From assembly GCF_002292295.1 (NCBI RefSeq), contig NZ_DBBS01000018.1:181065-245064 (forward strand): DNA of 64,000 nucleotides. Reading direction: 5' to 3'. Source of the DNA: Sphingomonas sp. UBA978. Lineage in GTDB: Bacteria > Pseudomonadota > Alphaproteobacteria > Sphingomonadales > Sphingomonadaceae. Shown piece after piece: positions 39,740-52,356 of this stretch. A program made the position numbers and the translations under genes. The first letter of the stretch is position 1, and every line of letters starts with the position of its first letter. A model generated the notes under the pieces. The model was not told the DNA's origin. It saw nothing but the letters and a program-made list of their open reading frames with translations, and did not search any database.

Positions 39740-41638
39740 TTACTTCGCCGCCTTCACGTAGCGGTCGAACCACGCGATCGCCCGCTGGCGCACGTCCGCC
39801 GACTGCTCCGCGCCGGTGACGCAATGGCCGGCGTCGGGATAGATCACGAGGCTGACCGGCACGCCGCGATCCTTCAGCGCATGCCACCATTCGATCGACT
39901 GGGTCGGCGGCACCTCGATGTCGCGTTCGCCGACATAGATGAAGGTCGGCGTCTTCGCCGTCTTCGCCCGGTAGATCGCCGACACCGCCTCATAGGCCTT
40001 CATGTCGTCGTACATGGATTTGCCGAAGAACGGCAGCATCCACTGGTCGATGCCGTTGGTGCCGTAATAGCTGACCCAGTTCGACAGGCCGGCACCGGCG
40101 ACGATCCCCTTGAAGCGGTTCGTCTGCGTGTTCGCCCACATCGCCATGAAGCCGCCATAGCTGCATCCGCCGAGCCCGAGCCGCGCGTCGTCGACCGGCG
40201 CGACGCGCTCGACGGCGTCGATCCCGGCGAGGATGTCGCGCAGGTCGCCGCCGCCGAAGTCGCGCCGGTTGGCGGCGGTAAACGCCTCGCCCTGTCCGTA
40301 GCTGCCGCGCGGATTGGGCAGGAACACGTAATAGCCGGCCTTTACCAGCGCCGCGTTGAGCGAGGTCGGATACAGATAGGCGGGCGAGGAGGCCGACGAC
40401 GGCCCGCCGTGGACGATGGTAATCATCGGCGCCTTGCCTGCTGGCGCGACGCGCGGCGCGAGCAGCCAGCCCTGCACGTCATAGCCCTCGTTGGTCCAGC
40501 TGATGCTGCGTACGGTGGCGAGCGCGGGGGCGGCATCGTTGTCGTGGGTGATCTGGCGCACCGCGTCGACCGGCCCGGCATAGATCGCCGGCGCATGGTC
40601 GTAATCCTGCACCACCGCCGCCGCGATCCGGCCATCGGCGGAAAAGACCGCGCGCCCGTCGCCCGCGCTGGCGCTCGCCGGTTTCGCGAAGCCCGGCGCG
40701 ACCGGCCGCCCCGGCGTCAGCGTGCCGAACTGCACCTGATCGCCCGCCAGCGTCACCGTCCGCAGCCCACCCGTGGTCCAGTCGACCGTGGTGACCGTCG
40801 ATTTCGCTCCCGCGGTGACGTTGCGCGGCGTCCCGCCCGCCAGCGCCACGGTGAAGACGTCGCCGCCGATCGCGCCGAAATCGCTCATCAACCCGCCGAT
40901 ATAGGCGACGCTGCGCCCGTCGGGCGACACGCGCGGCTGGTTGATCTGCGCCGCCGGCCGCGCGATCGATCGCACCGCGCCGGTCCGCGCGTCGATCGCG
41001 TCGAGCGTCGCCACCCACCAATTGTTGTCGCCATTGCCGAGCGCGGTCGTCGCGACGAAGCCGCGCCCGTCCGGCATCCAGTCATATTCGTAGACGTAGC
41101 GGCCGGCCGGCGACAACGGCGTTACCCCGGTCGCGGGCCGCGCGATGTCGAACACCGCGAGCCGCTGCTCGTCGTTCGTCTCGCCGATTTCGCCGACCAT
41201 GCGCACGCCCGCCTGCGTCGCGCCCGCTTCCTTCGCCGCGCCGAGCGTCACCAGCAGCGCGATCCGCGTGCCGTCCGGCGATACGCGCGGCGTCTGCGCG
41301 ATCCCGGCGATGGTCGCGATCGTCCGGGTCGTCCGCGCATCGGCATAAGCGAGGCGGACGTTGCCCGCCGCGCCGTCGCGGATCAGGAACGCCAGATCGC
41401 CATTGGGGGCGAAGGTCAGGCCCGCATAGGTGCAGGTGCCGCACGGATCGATCGTGCGCAGCACACGCCCGTCGGCGACGCTGCGGACCGTGACCACGCC
41501 ATGGCCGGCACCGCTCTCGATCGTCGCGATCCGGTCGCCCGCGGGCGCGATCGCCAGCGCGCCATATTGGCGGATCGTCTGCGCTGCCGCGGGTGCGGCG
41601 GACGTGAGCAGCAGGGCGGCGGCGAGGGTCAGGCGCAT
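39740..41638 (-). CDS. S9 family serine peptidase (prolyl oligopeptidase/acylaminoacyl peptidase type) with N-terminal beta-propeller
   Basis: From ORF 39740..41716, trimmed to MRLTLAAALLLTSAAPAAAQ (signal peptide). It has TolB/WD40-like repeats, then the nucleophile motif GGCSYGG and a distal DAGH. Confidence 0.88.
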   Translation of the reverse strand: MRLTLAAALLLTSAAPAAAQTIRQYGALAIAPAGDRIATIESGAGHGVVTVRSVADGRVLRTIDPCGTCTYAGLTFAPNGDLAFLIRDGAAGNVRLAYADARTTRTIATIAGIAQTPRVSPDGTRIALLVTLGAAKEAGATQAGVRMVGEIGETNDEQRLAVFDIARPATGVTPLSPAGRYVYEYDWMPDGRGFVATTALGNGDNNWWVATLDAIDARTGAVRSIARPAAQINQPRVSPDGRSVAYIGGLMSDFGAIGGDVFTVALAGGTPRNVTAGAKSTVTTVDWTTGGLRTVTLAGDQVQFGTLTPGRPVAPGFAKPASASAGDGRAVFSADGRIAAAVVQDYDHAPAIYAGPVDAVRQITHDNDAAPALATVRSISWTNEGYDVQGWLLAPRVAPAGKAPMITIVHGGPSSASSPAYLYPTSLNAALVKAGYYVFLPNPRGSYGQGEAFTAANRRDFGGGDLRDILAGIDAVERVAPVDDARLGLGGCSYGGFMAMWANTQTNRFKGIVAGAGLSNWVSYYGTNGIDQWMLPFFGKSMYDDMKAYEAVSAIYRAKTAKTPTFIYVGERDIEVPPTQSIEWWHALKDRGVPVSLVIYPDAGHCVTGAEQSADVRQRAIAWFDRYVKAAK

Positions 41639-41757
41639 CGTGGCTCCGGCGGAAAGGGAGGAGCGATGCTTAACGGCGATCCCGCCGGCCGCAAGGGGAA
41701 CGGCACGCCCGCGCAAACCGCTGCGGATCGCAGCGACTCGCGCGGGCTTCTAGGGAC

Positions 41758-42159
41758 TTAGCGGCAGCGCACGTTGTTGCGGTCGACCGACCGGCCGACG
41801 GCGGCACCCGCCGCACCGCCCAGCAGCGTGCCGAGCAGCCCCGACCCGCCCGGCGCGATGATGTTGCCGAGCACGCCGCCCGCGACGCCGCCGACGATCA
41901 GGCCGGTGGTGCCGTCGTTACGCCGGCAATAATATTGGCCGTTCTCGCCGCGATAGACGCGGTCGCGCGTCGACAGGCGGCGCTCGCGATAGCGCGGGCC
42001 ATCGACGTAATAACGGTCGGCGTAATAGCCGTTATAGGCGGGATCGACCCGGTTGTAGTCGTAGGAGGAATAGCCGCGATACCGGCTGTCGGTGCCATAG
42101 GTCGAGCAGCCGGCCAGGGTAACGGCAGCGGCCATGGCCGCGATCAGGGGTGCGCGCAT
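41758..42159 (-). CDS. glycine-zipper 2TM lipoprotein (17-kDa surface-antigen-like)
   Basis: It has a lipobox (AAVTLAGCS), a glycine zipper (GGVAGGVLGNIIAPGGSGLLGTLLGGAAGAAVG) and a good SD (AGGAGAG) upstream. Confidence 0.8.
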   Translation of the reverse strand: MRAPLIAAMAAAVTLAGCSTYGTDSRYRGYSSYDYNRVDPAYNGYYADRYYVDGPRYRERRLSTRDRVYRGENGQYYCRRNDGTTGLIVGGVAGGVLGNIIAPGGSGLLGTLLGGAAGAAVGRSVDRNNVRCR

Positions 42160-42235
42160 CGGACTCTCCTAACATCCATCAATGCCGCGTGAATGTCCGG
42201 CACGGCCATTTGGTTGCGTGCGCCCCCATGCGATA

Positions 42236-42607
42236 TCAGGCGGCGCCCGCCCCGTCGCCGAAGCTGCTGCCCCGATCCGCCACCAGCGTCGGCGCCGGCC
42301 CCGTCGCGGGCCGCAGCGCCTCCTTTTCGGCCTCGCTCGGCACCGCCGTCGGATCGGGCCGGAACGCCTCGACCGCACGGCTGTCGTTGCCGGGGTGGCC
42401 GTCGCCCATCAGGTCGGTCGGCACATGCTCCGCCGCCGGATTGCCGGGCCGCTCGACGAACCGCTTGTCCGTTTCCGCGCTGTCCCGATCGTTGGACGCG
42501 GCATGGCGCGATCCGGGCTTCGGCCCGAAGGCCGCCGTCGCTGCGGTCCACGCCACCGCGCCGGCTGCGAAGGCACCGAGGCCGAAACCGATAGTCTCGT
42601 AATTCAT
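42236..42607 (-). CDS. hypothetical small membrane-anchored, largely disordered protein
   Basis: This is the C-terminal 123 aa of ORF 42236..44014, from MNYETIGFGLGAFAAGAVAWTAATAAF (one TM). Codon usage is strongly GC3-biased. I recognise no family. Confidence 0.5.
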   Translation of the reverse strand: MNYETIGFGLGAFAAGAVAWTAATAAFGPKPGSRHAASNDRDSAETDKRFVERPGNPAAEHVPTDLMGDGHPGNDSRAVEAFRPDPTAVPSEAEKEALRPATGPAPTLVADRGSSFGDGAGAA

Positions 42608-42678
42608 GATCTTATGTCCCGGATGCTGCGCAGGACTGGTCCAACGGCGCGGCGCCGGACGCGGTTCCGCCCGGTGGG

Positions 42679-43725
42679 TCAGCGCACCGGACAGGCACCC
42701 CCGGGCGCCTCGTCGCGCACACGGAACGGCCGCGACCCGACGACGACGCCCGCCGCGCGGCAGCGGCGCAACTGAAAGCGCACCTTCTTCGCCCCGAAAT
42801 CGAGCGACACGCGACGGAAATTGCCCATCAGGTCGGTGCCGAGCATCATCGCCGGCGTCTCCGCCAGCCCGAACAGCGCGAACGGCGGCAGGTCGGCGAA
42901 CGCCACCGGCACGTGCGACATCACGATCCCGCCGATCCGCAGCTCCGGCACGATTGCCATCGGCACGACCATCGTCTCGCCGGTCACGCTGACCAGCGTC
43001 GCGGGCGTCATCACCGGCGGCTTGCGACGGCGGAACAGCGCGTCGCGCAGCGCGAGATTGCCGATCGTCAGCTGCGATCCGGTGTCGACCACGGCGCGGA
43101 TGCGCACCCCGCCGGCGCGCGCCTGCGTCAGGATCAGCTGCCCGCCGCGCTGGCGCGCAGTGACGACGATCTCGTCGGCGCTCGCCTTCACCGGCCGCCG
43201 CGTATCCTCGATCGTGATCGCCTGCCGCTCGAAATCGAGCATCAGCCGCTGGCCGCGCAGCGCATCGATGCCGAGCAGCCCGCGCGCGCCCAGATAGCGT
43301 TCCGGCAGCATCGGCGCGGCGACATCTTCCACCACGCTGCCGCCGACCGTCAGCCGCGCGATCAGCGCGGTTTCGCGCCGGCTCGCGCCCGCCATGCCGT
43401 GCAGCGTCACCGCCCGCCCCGGCGGCAGGCGCAACGCCAGCGCCAGCCGCTCGCCGATCACCGTCCGGTCGGCACCGCTGTCGACGACGAAGCGGAACGG
43501 CCCGCGACCGTCGATCGCGACGTCGACCGCCATGCGCGTTTCGACCTGCTCGCCGGCGACGCTGTCGCCCGCGATCTCCAGCGTGTCGTCGAGCATCGCC
43601 TCGCCCAGCGGGATCGCGGGGATACGTGGGCCCTCCACCTGCTGCGCCGCCGATGCCGCCGTCATCGACAGCAGCAGAAGGGCGAGGCAGGAAAGGCGCG
43701 AAGCGGCCATGGCGGACGATAGCAT
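42679..43725 (-). CDS. secreted clan-AA aspartic protease with two retropepsin-like domains
   Basis: It has a signal peptide (ALLLLSMTAASAAQQ) and two catalytic-type motifs, VVDSGADRTVIG and VVDTGSQLTIGN, about 110 aa apart. Confidence 0.75.
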   Translation of the reverse strand: MLSSAMAASRLSCLALLLLSMTAASAAQQVEGPRIPAIPLGEAMLDDTLEIAGDSVAGEQVETRMAVDVAIDGRGPFRFVVDSGADRTVIGERLALALRLPPGRAVTLHGMAGASRRETALIARLTVGGSVVEDVAAPMLPERYLGARGLLGIDALRGQRLMLDFERQAITIEDTRRPVKASADEIVVTARQRGGQLILTQARAGGVRIRAVVDTGSQLTIGNLALRDALFRRRKPPVMTPATLVSVTGETMVVPMAIVPELRIGGIVMSHVPVAFADLPPFALFGLAETPAMMLGTDLMGNFRRVSLDFGAKKVRFQLRRCRAAGVVVGSRPFRVRDEAPGGACPVR

Positions 43726-43833
43726 GTTCGCCGTCCGGCGTCAGGCAAGTCGTTCGCCGCCTTCGGGAAATGCGGCCAATATCCTGCCGGCGCGCCGTTC
43801 CGGAACGGTTGCAACGTCCCCCGCACCGCCATA

Positions 43834-43853
43834 TACTGACACCATTGTCAGTA
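43834..43853. promoter_or_regulatory. perfect 20-bp palindrome TACTGACA-CCAT-TGTCAGTA (CTG-N10-CAG) 12 nt upstream of the Coq4-family start
   Basis: Read directly from the sequence: 8-bp arms with a 4-nt spacer. It abuts the AAGGA Shine-Dalgarno. The binding factor is unknown. Confidence 0.4.
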
Positions 43854-43865
43854 AGGAATCGTGCG

Positions 43866-44654
43866 ATGGCGAAGCTTCCTCCGTTCCCCGGCACCAGCGG
43901 CAAGCGCGCGTGGCGCACCGCCTTCGATGCGCTGCGCAAGCTGCTCGCCAACGGCGACGACACGACGCAGGTGTTCCGCATCATGCGCTCGCTCAACGTC
44001 GGCGACACCGCCAACGGCTATGCGCGGCTGATCGCGACGAGCGACGGCGGGCGGATCGCCTATCAACGGACCGAACTGGCGCAGCGTTTTTCCGATCGCG
44101 ACTGGGTCGCCGGATTCGCGCCCGGCACCGTCGGCGCGGCCTATCGCGATTTCCTCGACACCACCGGCTATTCGGCGGACGGGCTGGTCGAGGTCAGCCG
44201 CCTCGATCCATCCGAAACCGACGTCTACCACCCGTATGCCTGGATGGGCCGGCGCACCCGCGACGTGCACGATATCTGGCACGTCCTCACCGGCTACAAG
44301 GCGGACGAGACGATGGGCGAGGCCTGTCTCGTCGCCTTCTCCTATGCCCAGACCCGCGGCCTCGGCTGGGCGTTCATCGCCGGCGGCGCGGCGCTGAAAT
44401 CGCTGCGCGCCACCGGCGGCACGCTGTTCGCCCGGGCGGTGCGCGAAGGCTATCGCAACGGCAAGCGCGCCGCCTGGCTGCTCGGCGAGGATTATGAGGC
44501 GCTGATGCACGAACCGATCGATGCCGCCCGCGCCCGGCTGCGCATCGCCGATCCGGTCGCCTACCGGCAGGCGCAGGCGGCGTTGGGCGCGCAGCTCGCC
44601 TCTTATGCCTCGGCGCAAAAGGACGCCGCGCAGGCAAAGGCCGCCCTCGCCTAA
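43866..44654 (+). CDS. Coq4-family ubiquinone biosynthesis protein homologue
   Basis: From ORF 43626..44654, trimmed to MAKLPPFPG, which follows an AAGGA SD. It has the HDxxH...E-type metal motif (RDVHDIWHVLTGYKADETMGE) and is Coq4-like in length (~262 aa). Confidence 0.7.
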   Translation: MAKLPPFPGTSGKRAWRTAFDALRKLLANGDDTTQVFRIMRSLNVGDTANGYARLIATSDGGRIAYQRTELAQRFSDRDWVAGFAPGTVGAAYRDFLDTTGYSADGLVEVSRLDPSETDVYHPYAWMGRRTRDVHDIWHVLTGYKADETMGEACLVAFSYAQTRGLGWAFIAGGAALKSLRATGGTLFARAVREGYRNGKRAAWLLGEDYEALMHEPIDAARARLRIADPVAYRQAQAALGAQLASYASAQKDAAQAKAALA

Positions 44655-44684
44655 CCGCCCGACTTCCTGCTAGGCGCGACTGCA

Positions 44685-45740
44685 ATGCTGTCGCGCCTTC
44701 GCCTCACCGATTTCCGCAACCACGCGGGTCTGGTGCTGGCACCCGGCCCCGGCTTCGTCGTGCTGACCGGTGAGAATGGCGCGGGCAAGACCAACGTGCT
44801 CGAGGCCGTCTCGCTGCTCGCCCCCGGTCGCGGCCTGCGTCGCGCCGCCTTGTCGGACATGCAGCGTCAGGACGGTCCCGGCGGCTTCGGCATCGCCGCG
44901 ACGCTCGCCGCCGCGGCCGGCGACGTCGAGATCGCCACCGGCACGCTCGCGCCTGTTCCGGAACGCCGGCAGGTCCGCGTCCAGGGCGCCGCCGCCACCG
45001 CCAACACGCTCGCCGAATGGCTGACCGTGCTGTGGCTGACGCCGGCGATGGACCGGCTGTTCGTCGAGCCCGCGGGCGAACGCCGCCGCTTCCTCGACCG
45101 CCTCACCCTCGCGCTCGAACCCGGCCACGCGCATCACGCCGCCCGCTACGAGGCGGCAATGCGCGCGCGCAACCGGCTGCTCGCCGCGGACGAGCCCGCC
45201 GACCCCGACTGGCTGACCGCGCTCGAAACCCAGATGGCCGATCACGGCGGCGCGATCGAGTCCGCGCGGCGCAGCGCGGTCACGCTACTCGGCGCGCGCC
45301 TGGCGGATGCGCCGGAGGGGCCCTTCGCCCGCGCCGCGCTGACGCTGGAGGGCTGGAGCGGCGACAGCGATCGCCTGCTTGCCGAACTGCGCCAGAATCG
45401 GGCGCGCGACGGCGTGGCGGGGCGCGCGCTCGCCGGGCCGCACCGCGCCGACCTCGCCGTCACCCACCTCGGCAAGGGGCAGGCGGCGGCGCTCGCCTCC
45501 ACCGGGGAGCAGAAGGCGCTGCTGCTCGGCATCGTCCTCGCGCATGCCGAACTGGTCGCGCAGCGCACCGGCCACGCCCCCGTGCTGCTCCTCGACGAGG
45601 TCGCCGCGCATCTCGATCCGGTCCGGCGCGCCGCCCTGTTCGCACGGCTGTCGGGCCATGGCCAGGTGTGGATGACCGGGACCGAGCCGGCGCTGTTCGC
45701 CGACATCGGCGGCGACGCGACGCGGGTCGCGCTCGGCTGA
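44685..45740 (+). CDS. recF: DNA replication and repair protein RecF
   Basis: A 351-aa ORF opening [13 protein letters not shown]. It has Walker [10 protein letters not shown], an SMC-like signature ([10 protein letters not shown]) and Walker B LLLDEV. Confidence 0.93.
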   Translation: MLSRLRLTDFRNHAGLVLAPGPGFVVLTGENGAGKTNVLEAVSLLAPGRGLRRAALSDMQRQDGPGGFGIAATLAAAAGDVEIATGTLAPVPERRQVRVQGAAATANTLAEWLTVLWLTPAMDRLFVEPAGERRRFLDRLTLALEPGHAHHAARYEAAMRARNRLLAADEPADPDWLTALETQMADHGGAIESARRSAVTLLGARLADAPEGPFARAALTLEGWSGDSDRLLAELRQNRARDGVAGRALAGPHRADLAVTHLGKGQAAALASTGEQKALLLGIVLAHAELVAQRTGHAPVLLLDEVAAHLDPVRRAALFARLSGHGQVWMTGTEPALFADIGGDATRVALG

Positions 45741-45822
45741 ACCTCGCCTGTCGACGCGGGTCACTGGCGGTTCAAGCCGACCGCGCCATGCCGCCACAAT
45801 CGGGCGGGGTATGGAGAGTAGA

Positions 45823-49189
<3,367 letters not shown>

Positions 49190-49199
49190 GACCCCGCAT

Positions 49200-49270
49200 C
49201 GTCATTGCGCGCACAGCGAAGCAATCCAGGGCGGCCCGGGAGCCGCTCTGGATTGCTCCTCGTAACGACG
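49200..49270. repeat. REP-like hairpin element (cgtcattgcgcgcacagcgaagcaatccagg ... ctggattgctcctcgtaacgacg)
   Basis: An imperfect inverted repeat between convergent gyrB and the LysR gene. It shares the cgtcat... start with the other REP units. Confidence 0.65.
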
Positions 49271-49301
49271 ACGGTCGCCCGTGTCGTTGGTGCGCAATCG
49301 C

Positions 49302-50186
49302 CTAAACGAACCGTCCCCGGTGCGTCGCGACCAGCGCGGTCAGCCAGTCGCGGAACGTCCGCACCTTCTTCGCCTCGCGCATGTCCTGATGCGTCACCAG
49401 CCAGAACGAACGGCGGATCGTGCGGTCGGGCAGCACCCGGTACAGGCTGTCGTCGGCATCGCCGATGAAGCGCGGCAGCACGCCCAGCCCCGCGCCGGCC
49501 GCGACCAGCCGGTATTGCGCGTTGATGCTGGAGCTGCGGAGGCGCGGCTCCAGATCGGCCTGAACCTCCGACAGATAGCGCAATTCGGGGGCATAGAGCA
49601 GGTCCGGGACATAGCCGATCAGATCGTGCTCGCGCACCTGCTCGACCGTCTCGGGCAAGGGCCGTCGGGCTGCATAGGTCCGCGCGGCATACAGACCGAG
49701 CGTATAGTCTGTCAGCTTGCCGCTGATGACCGCCCCGGTCTGCGGCCGCGCGAGCATCACCGCGACATCCGCCTCGCGGCGCGACGGGTTGAGAAAGCCG
49801 CTGGTCGCGACCAGCTCGATGGCCAGTTCGGGATGCAGACGGGCGAAGGCGGGCAGATGGTGTGCGACGAACCAGGTGCCGAACCCTTCCGACACGCTGA
49901 CGCGCAAGACGCCGGTCAGATGATGGGGATCGTCGTCAGGCGCGGCGATCCGCGCCGCCGCCTGCTGCATCGCCTCGACCGCGACCAGCAACGCCTCGCC
50001 CGCGGCGGTCGGCACCTGCCCCTCGCGCGTCTGTTCGAACAGCGTCTGGCCGAGCGTCGCCTCCAGCCGGCGCAGGTGCCGGGCGAGCGTGGTCGGGTCG
50101 ACGCCGGTCGCCACCGCCGCGCGCGCGATCTGGCCGGCACGGGCGATCGCTAGGAAATCCTGAAGGTCGTCCCATCGCGGCTGCAT
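49302..50186 (-). CDS. LysR-family transcriptional regulator
   Basis: A 294-aa protein with an N-terminal wHTH (DLQDFLAIARAGQIARAAVATGVDPTTLARHLRRLE) and a LysR substrate-binding domain. It is divergent from mmsA. Confidence 0.88.
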   Translation of the reverse strand: MQPRWDDLQDFLAIARAGQIARAAVATGVDPTTLARHLRRLEATLGQTLFEQTREGQVPTAAGEALLVAVEAMQQAAARIAAPDDDPHHLTGVLRVSVSEGFGTWFVAHHLPAFARLHPELAIELVATSGFLNPSRREADVAVMLARPQTGAVISGKLTDYTLGLYAARTYAARRPLPETVEQVREHDLIGYVPDLLYAPELRYLSEVQADLEPRLRSSSINAQYRLVAAGAGLGVLPRFIGDADDSLYRVLPDRTIRRSFWLVTHQDMREAKKVRTFRDWLTALVATHRGRFV

Positions 50187-50189
50187 TTA

Positions 50190-50206
50190 TGCAGGTATGT
50201 GTCGCA
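50190..50206. promoter_or_regulatory. candidate LysR box (TGC-N11-GCA) in the LysR/mmsA divergent region
   Basis: The sequence tgcaggtatgtgtcgca fits the generic T-N11-A dyad. It is the only relatively AT-rich patch in the 82-bp intergenic region. The evidence is weak. Confidence 0.2.
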
Positions 50207-50268
50207 CTATCCGGCGTTGCGCACAAGGCCGCGACGGGCGATCCTGCCGACAATAACGGAGAGGTTCA

Positions 50269-51810
50269 TTGCGCAACATCGATCATCTCATCGTCGGGCA
50301 TGCCGGCGGTGCAGCCAACGCCGGCGGACGCCATGGCGACGTCTTCGACCCCAATAATGGCGAAGTGCAGGCGCGCGTCCCGCTGGGCACACAGGCCGAT
50401 CTTGATCGCGCCATCGCCGCTGCACAGGCCGCGCAGCCCGGTTGGGCCGCGACCAATCCGCAGCGCCGCGCCCGCGTCATGTTCCGCTTCAAGGAGCTGG
50501 TCGAGGCGAACATGGACGCGCTCGCCCGCCTGCTGTCGTCCGAACACGGCAAGGTGATCGCGGATAGCAAGGGCGACATCCAGCGCGGCCTGGAGGTGAT
50601 CGAATTCTGCTGCGGCATACCGCACATCCTCAAGGGCGAATATACGCAGGGCGCCGGTCCGGGCATCGACGTCTATTCGATGCGCCAGCCGCTCGGCATC
50701 GGCGCGGGGATCACGCCGTTCAACTTCCCGGCGATGATCCCGATGTGGATGTTCGGCGTCGCCATCGCCACCGGCAACGCCTTCATCCTCAAGCCGTCCG
50801 AGCGCGATCCGTCGGTGCCGGTGCGCCTCGCCGAACTGATGCTGGAAGCGGGTGCGCCCGAGGGTATCCTGCAGGTCGTTCATGGCGACAAGGTGATGGT
50901 CGACGCGATCCTCGATCACCCGGCGATCAGCGCGGTCAGCTTCGTCGGCTCGTCCGACATCGCGCATTACGTCTATCGCCGCGGCGTCGAGGCGGGCAAG
51001 CGCGTGCAGGCGATGGGCGGCGCCAAGAACCACGGCATCGTCATGCCCGACGCCGACCTCGACCAGGTCGTCGCCGATCTGTCGGGCGCGGCCTTCGGCT
51101 CGGCGGGCGAGCGCTGCATGGCGCTGCCGGTGGTGGTCCCGGTCGGCGACCGGACCGCGGATGCGCTGCGCGAGAAGCTGATCCCCGCGATCGCCGCGCT
51201 CCGCGTCGGCGTCTCGACCGACGACCAGGCGCATTACGGTCCGGTCGTCAACGCCGCGCACAAGAGTCGTGTCGAGAACTGGATCCAGACCGGTGTCGAC
51301 GAGGGCGCCGAGCTGGTCGTCGACGGGCGCGGCTTCACGCTGCAGGGGCATGAGAAGGGCTTCTTCGTCGGCCCGACATTGTTCGATCGCGTCACGCCCA
51401 ACATGTCGGCGTACAAAGAGGAGATCTTTGGCCCCGTCCTCCAGATCGTCCGTGCGCAGACGTTCGAGGATGCCGTCCGCCTGCCGAGCGAGCATCAATA
51501 TGGCAATGGCGTCGCGATCTTCACGCGCAATGGCCATGCCGCGCGCGAATTCGCCGCGCGGGTCAACGTCGGCATGGTCGGCATCAACGTGCCGATCCCG
51601 GTGCCGGTCGCCTATCACAGTTTCGGCGGGTGGAAGCGCAGCGCGTTCGGCGACACCAACCAGCACGGCATGGAGGGCGTCAAGTTCTGGACCAAGGTCA
51701 AGACCGTGACGCAGCGCTGGCCCGACGGCACCGTGGAACTGCCGCGCGGTGCGGAAGACGGCGGACCTGCACGCGTGCAGGATGCGTTCGTCATTCCCAC
51801 CATGGGGTAA
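50269..51810 (+). CDS. mmsA: CoA-acylating methylmalonate-semialdehyde dehydrogenase
   Basis: A TTG start is preceded by GGAGAGG. It is aldehyde-dehydrogenase-like, with the catalytic-Cys context GERCMA and a C-terminal ...IPTMG typical of MmsA. Confidence 0.88.
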   Translation: MRNIDHLIVGHAGGAANAGGRHGDVFDPNNGEVQARVPLGTQADLDRAIAAAQAAQPGWAATNPQRRARVMFRFKELVEANMDALARLLSSEHGKVIADSKGDIQRGLEVIEFCCGIPHILKGEYTQGAGPGIDVYSMRQPLGIGAGITPFNFPAMIPMWMFGVAIATGNAFILKPSERDPSVPVRLAELMLEAGAPEGILQVVHGDKVMVDAILDHPAISAVSFVGSSDIAHYVYRRGVEAGKRVQAMGGAKNHGIVMPDADLDQVVADLSGAAFGSAGERCMALPVVVPVGDRTADALREKLIPAIAALRVGVSTDDQAHYGPVVNAAHKSRVENWIQTGVDEGAELVVDGRGFTLQGHEKGFFVGPTLFDRVTPNMSAYKEEIFGPVLQIVRAQTFEDAVRLPSEHQYGNGVAIFTRNGHAAREFAARVNVGMVGINVPIPVPVAYHSFGGWKRSAFGDTNQHGMEGVKFWTKVKTVTQRWPDGTVELPRGAEDGGPARVQDAFVIPTMG

Positions 51811-51815
51811 TATCG

Positions 51816-52349
51816 ATGCGCCTGACGATCCTTTCCGCCGCATTGTGTCTCGCTGCCTGTTCGGGCGGCGAAACCGCAAACAACGAATCGAGCGGCGGCA
51901 GTGCGGCGGTCGAACCGACGCCGACCAACCTGATCGACGATCCCCGGAACACGCTCGTGCCGCTCGATCCGCCGGGCAATGGCGCGGCGATGTCGCCGGC
52001 GCCGTTGCCGACCGCCAGTCCGTCGCCGATCGCGGCGATGCCGGCGGACTTTCAGGGCCGCTGGGGCATGGTCGCCAACGATTGCGATCCGAAGCGCGAC
52101 GACAACAAGGGTCTGCTGACGATCGCGGGCAACCGCCTCTCCTTCTACGAATCGCGTGGGTCCGCGACGGGGATCCGCCAGACGCAACCGACGCAGGTGG
52201 CGTTCGACCTGCCGATGAGCGGCGAGGGCATGACCTGGTCGGAACCGACCACGCTCACCCTGCTCGACGCCGGCAAGACGCTGGTCCGCGAAGTGACCGG
52301 CGCGCCGGATCGAGCCGGATCGTTCCGCTACAGCCGCTGCCCGGCCTGA
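51816..52349 (+). CDS. hypothetical lipoprotein
   Basis: This is the C-terminal 177 aa of ORF 51630..52349. It has a lipobox (ALCLAACSG), a Pro-rich linker and a ~100-aa domain with two Cys. I recognise no family. Confidence 0.6.
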   Translation: MRLTILSAALCLAACSGGETANNESSGGSAAVEPTPTNLIDDPRNTLVPLDPPGNGAAMSPAPLPTASPSPIAAMPADFQGRWGMVANDCDPKRDDNKGLLTIAGNRLSFYESRGSATGIRQTQPTQVAFDLPMSGEGMTWSEPTTLTLLDAGKTLVREVTGAPDRAGSFRYSRCPA

Positions 52350-52356
52350 GGATAGT

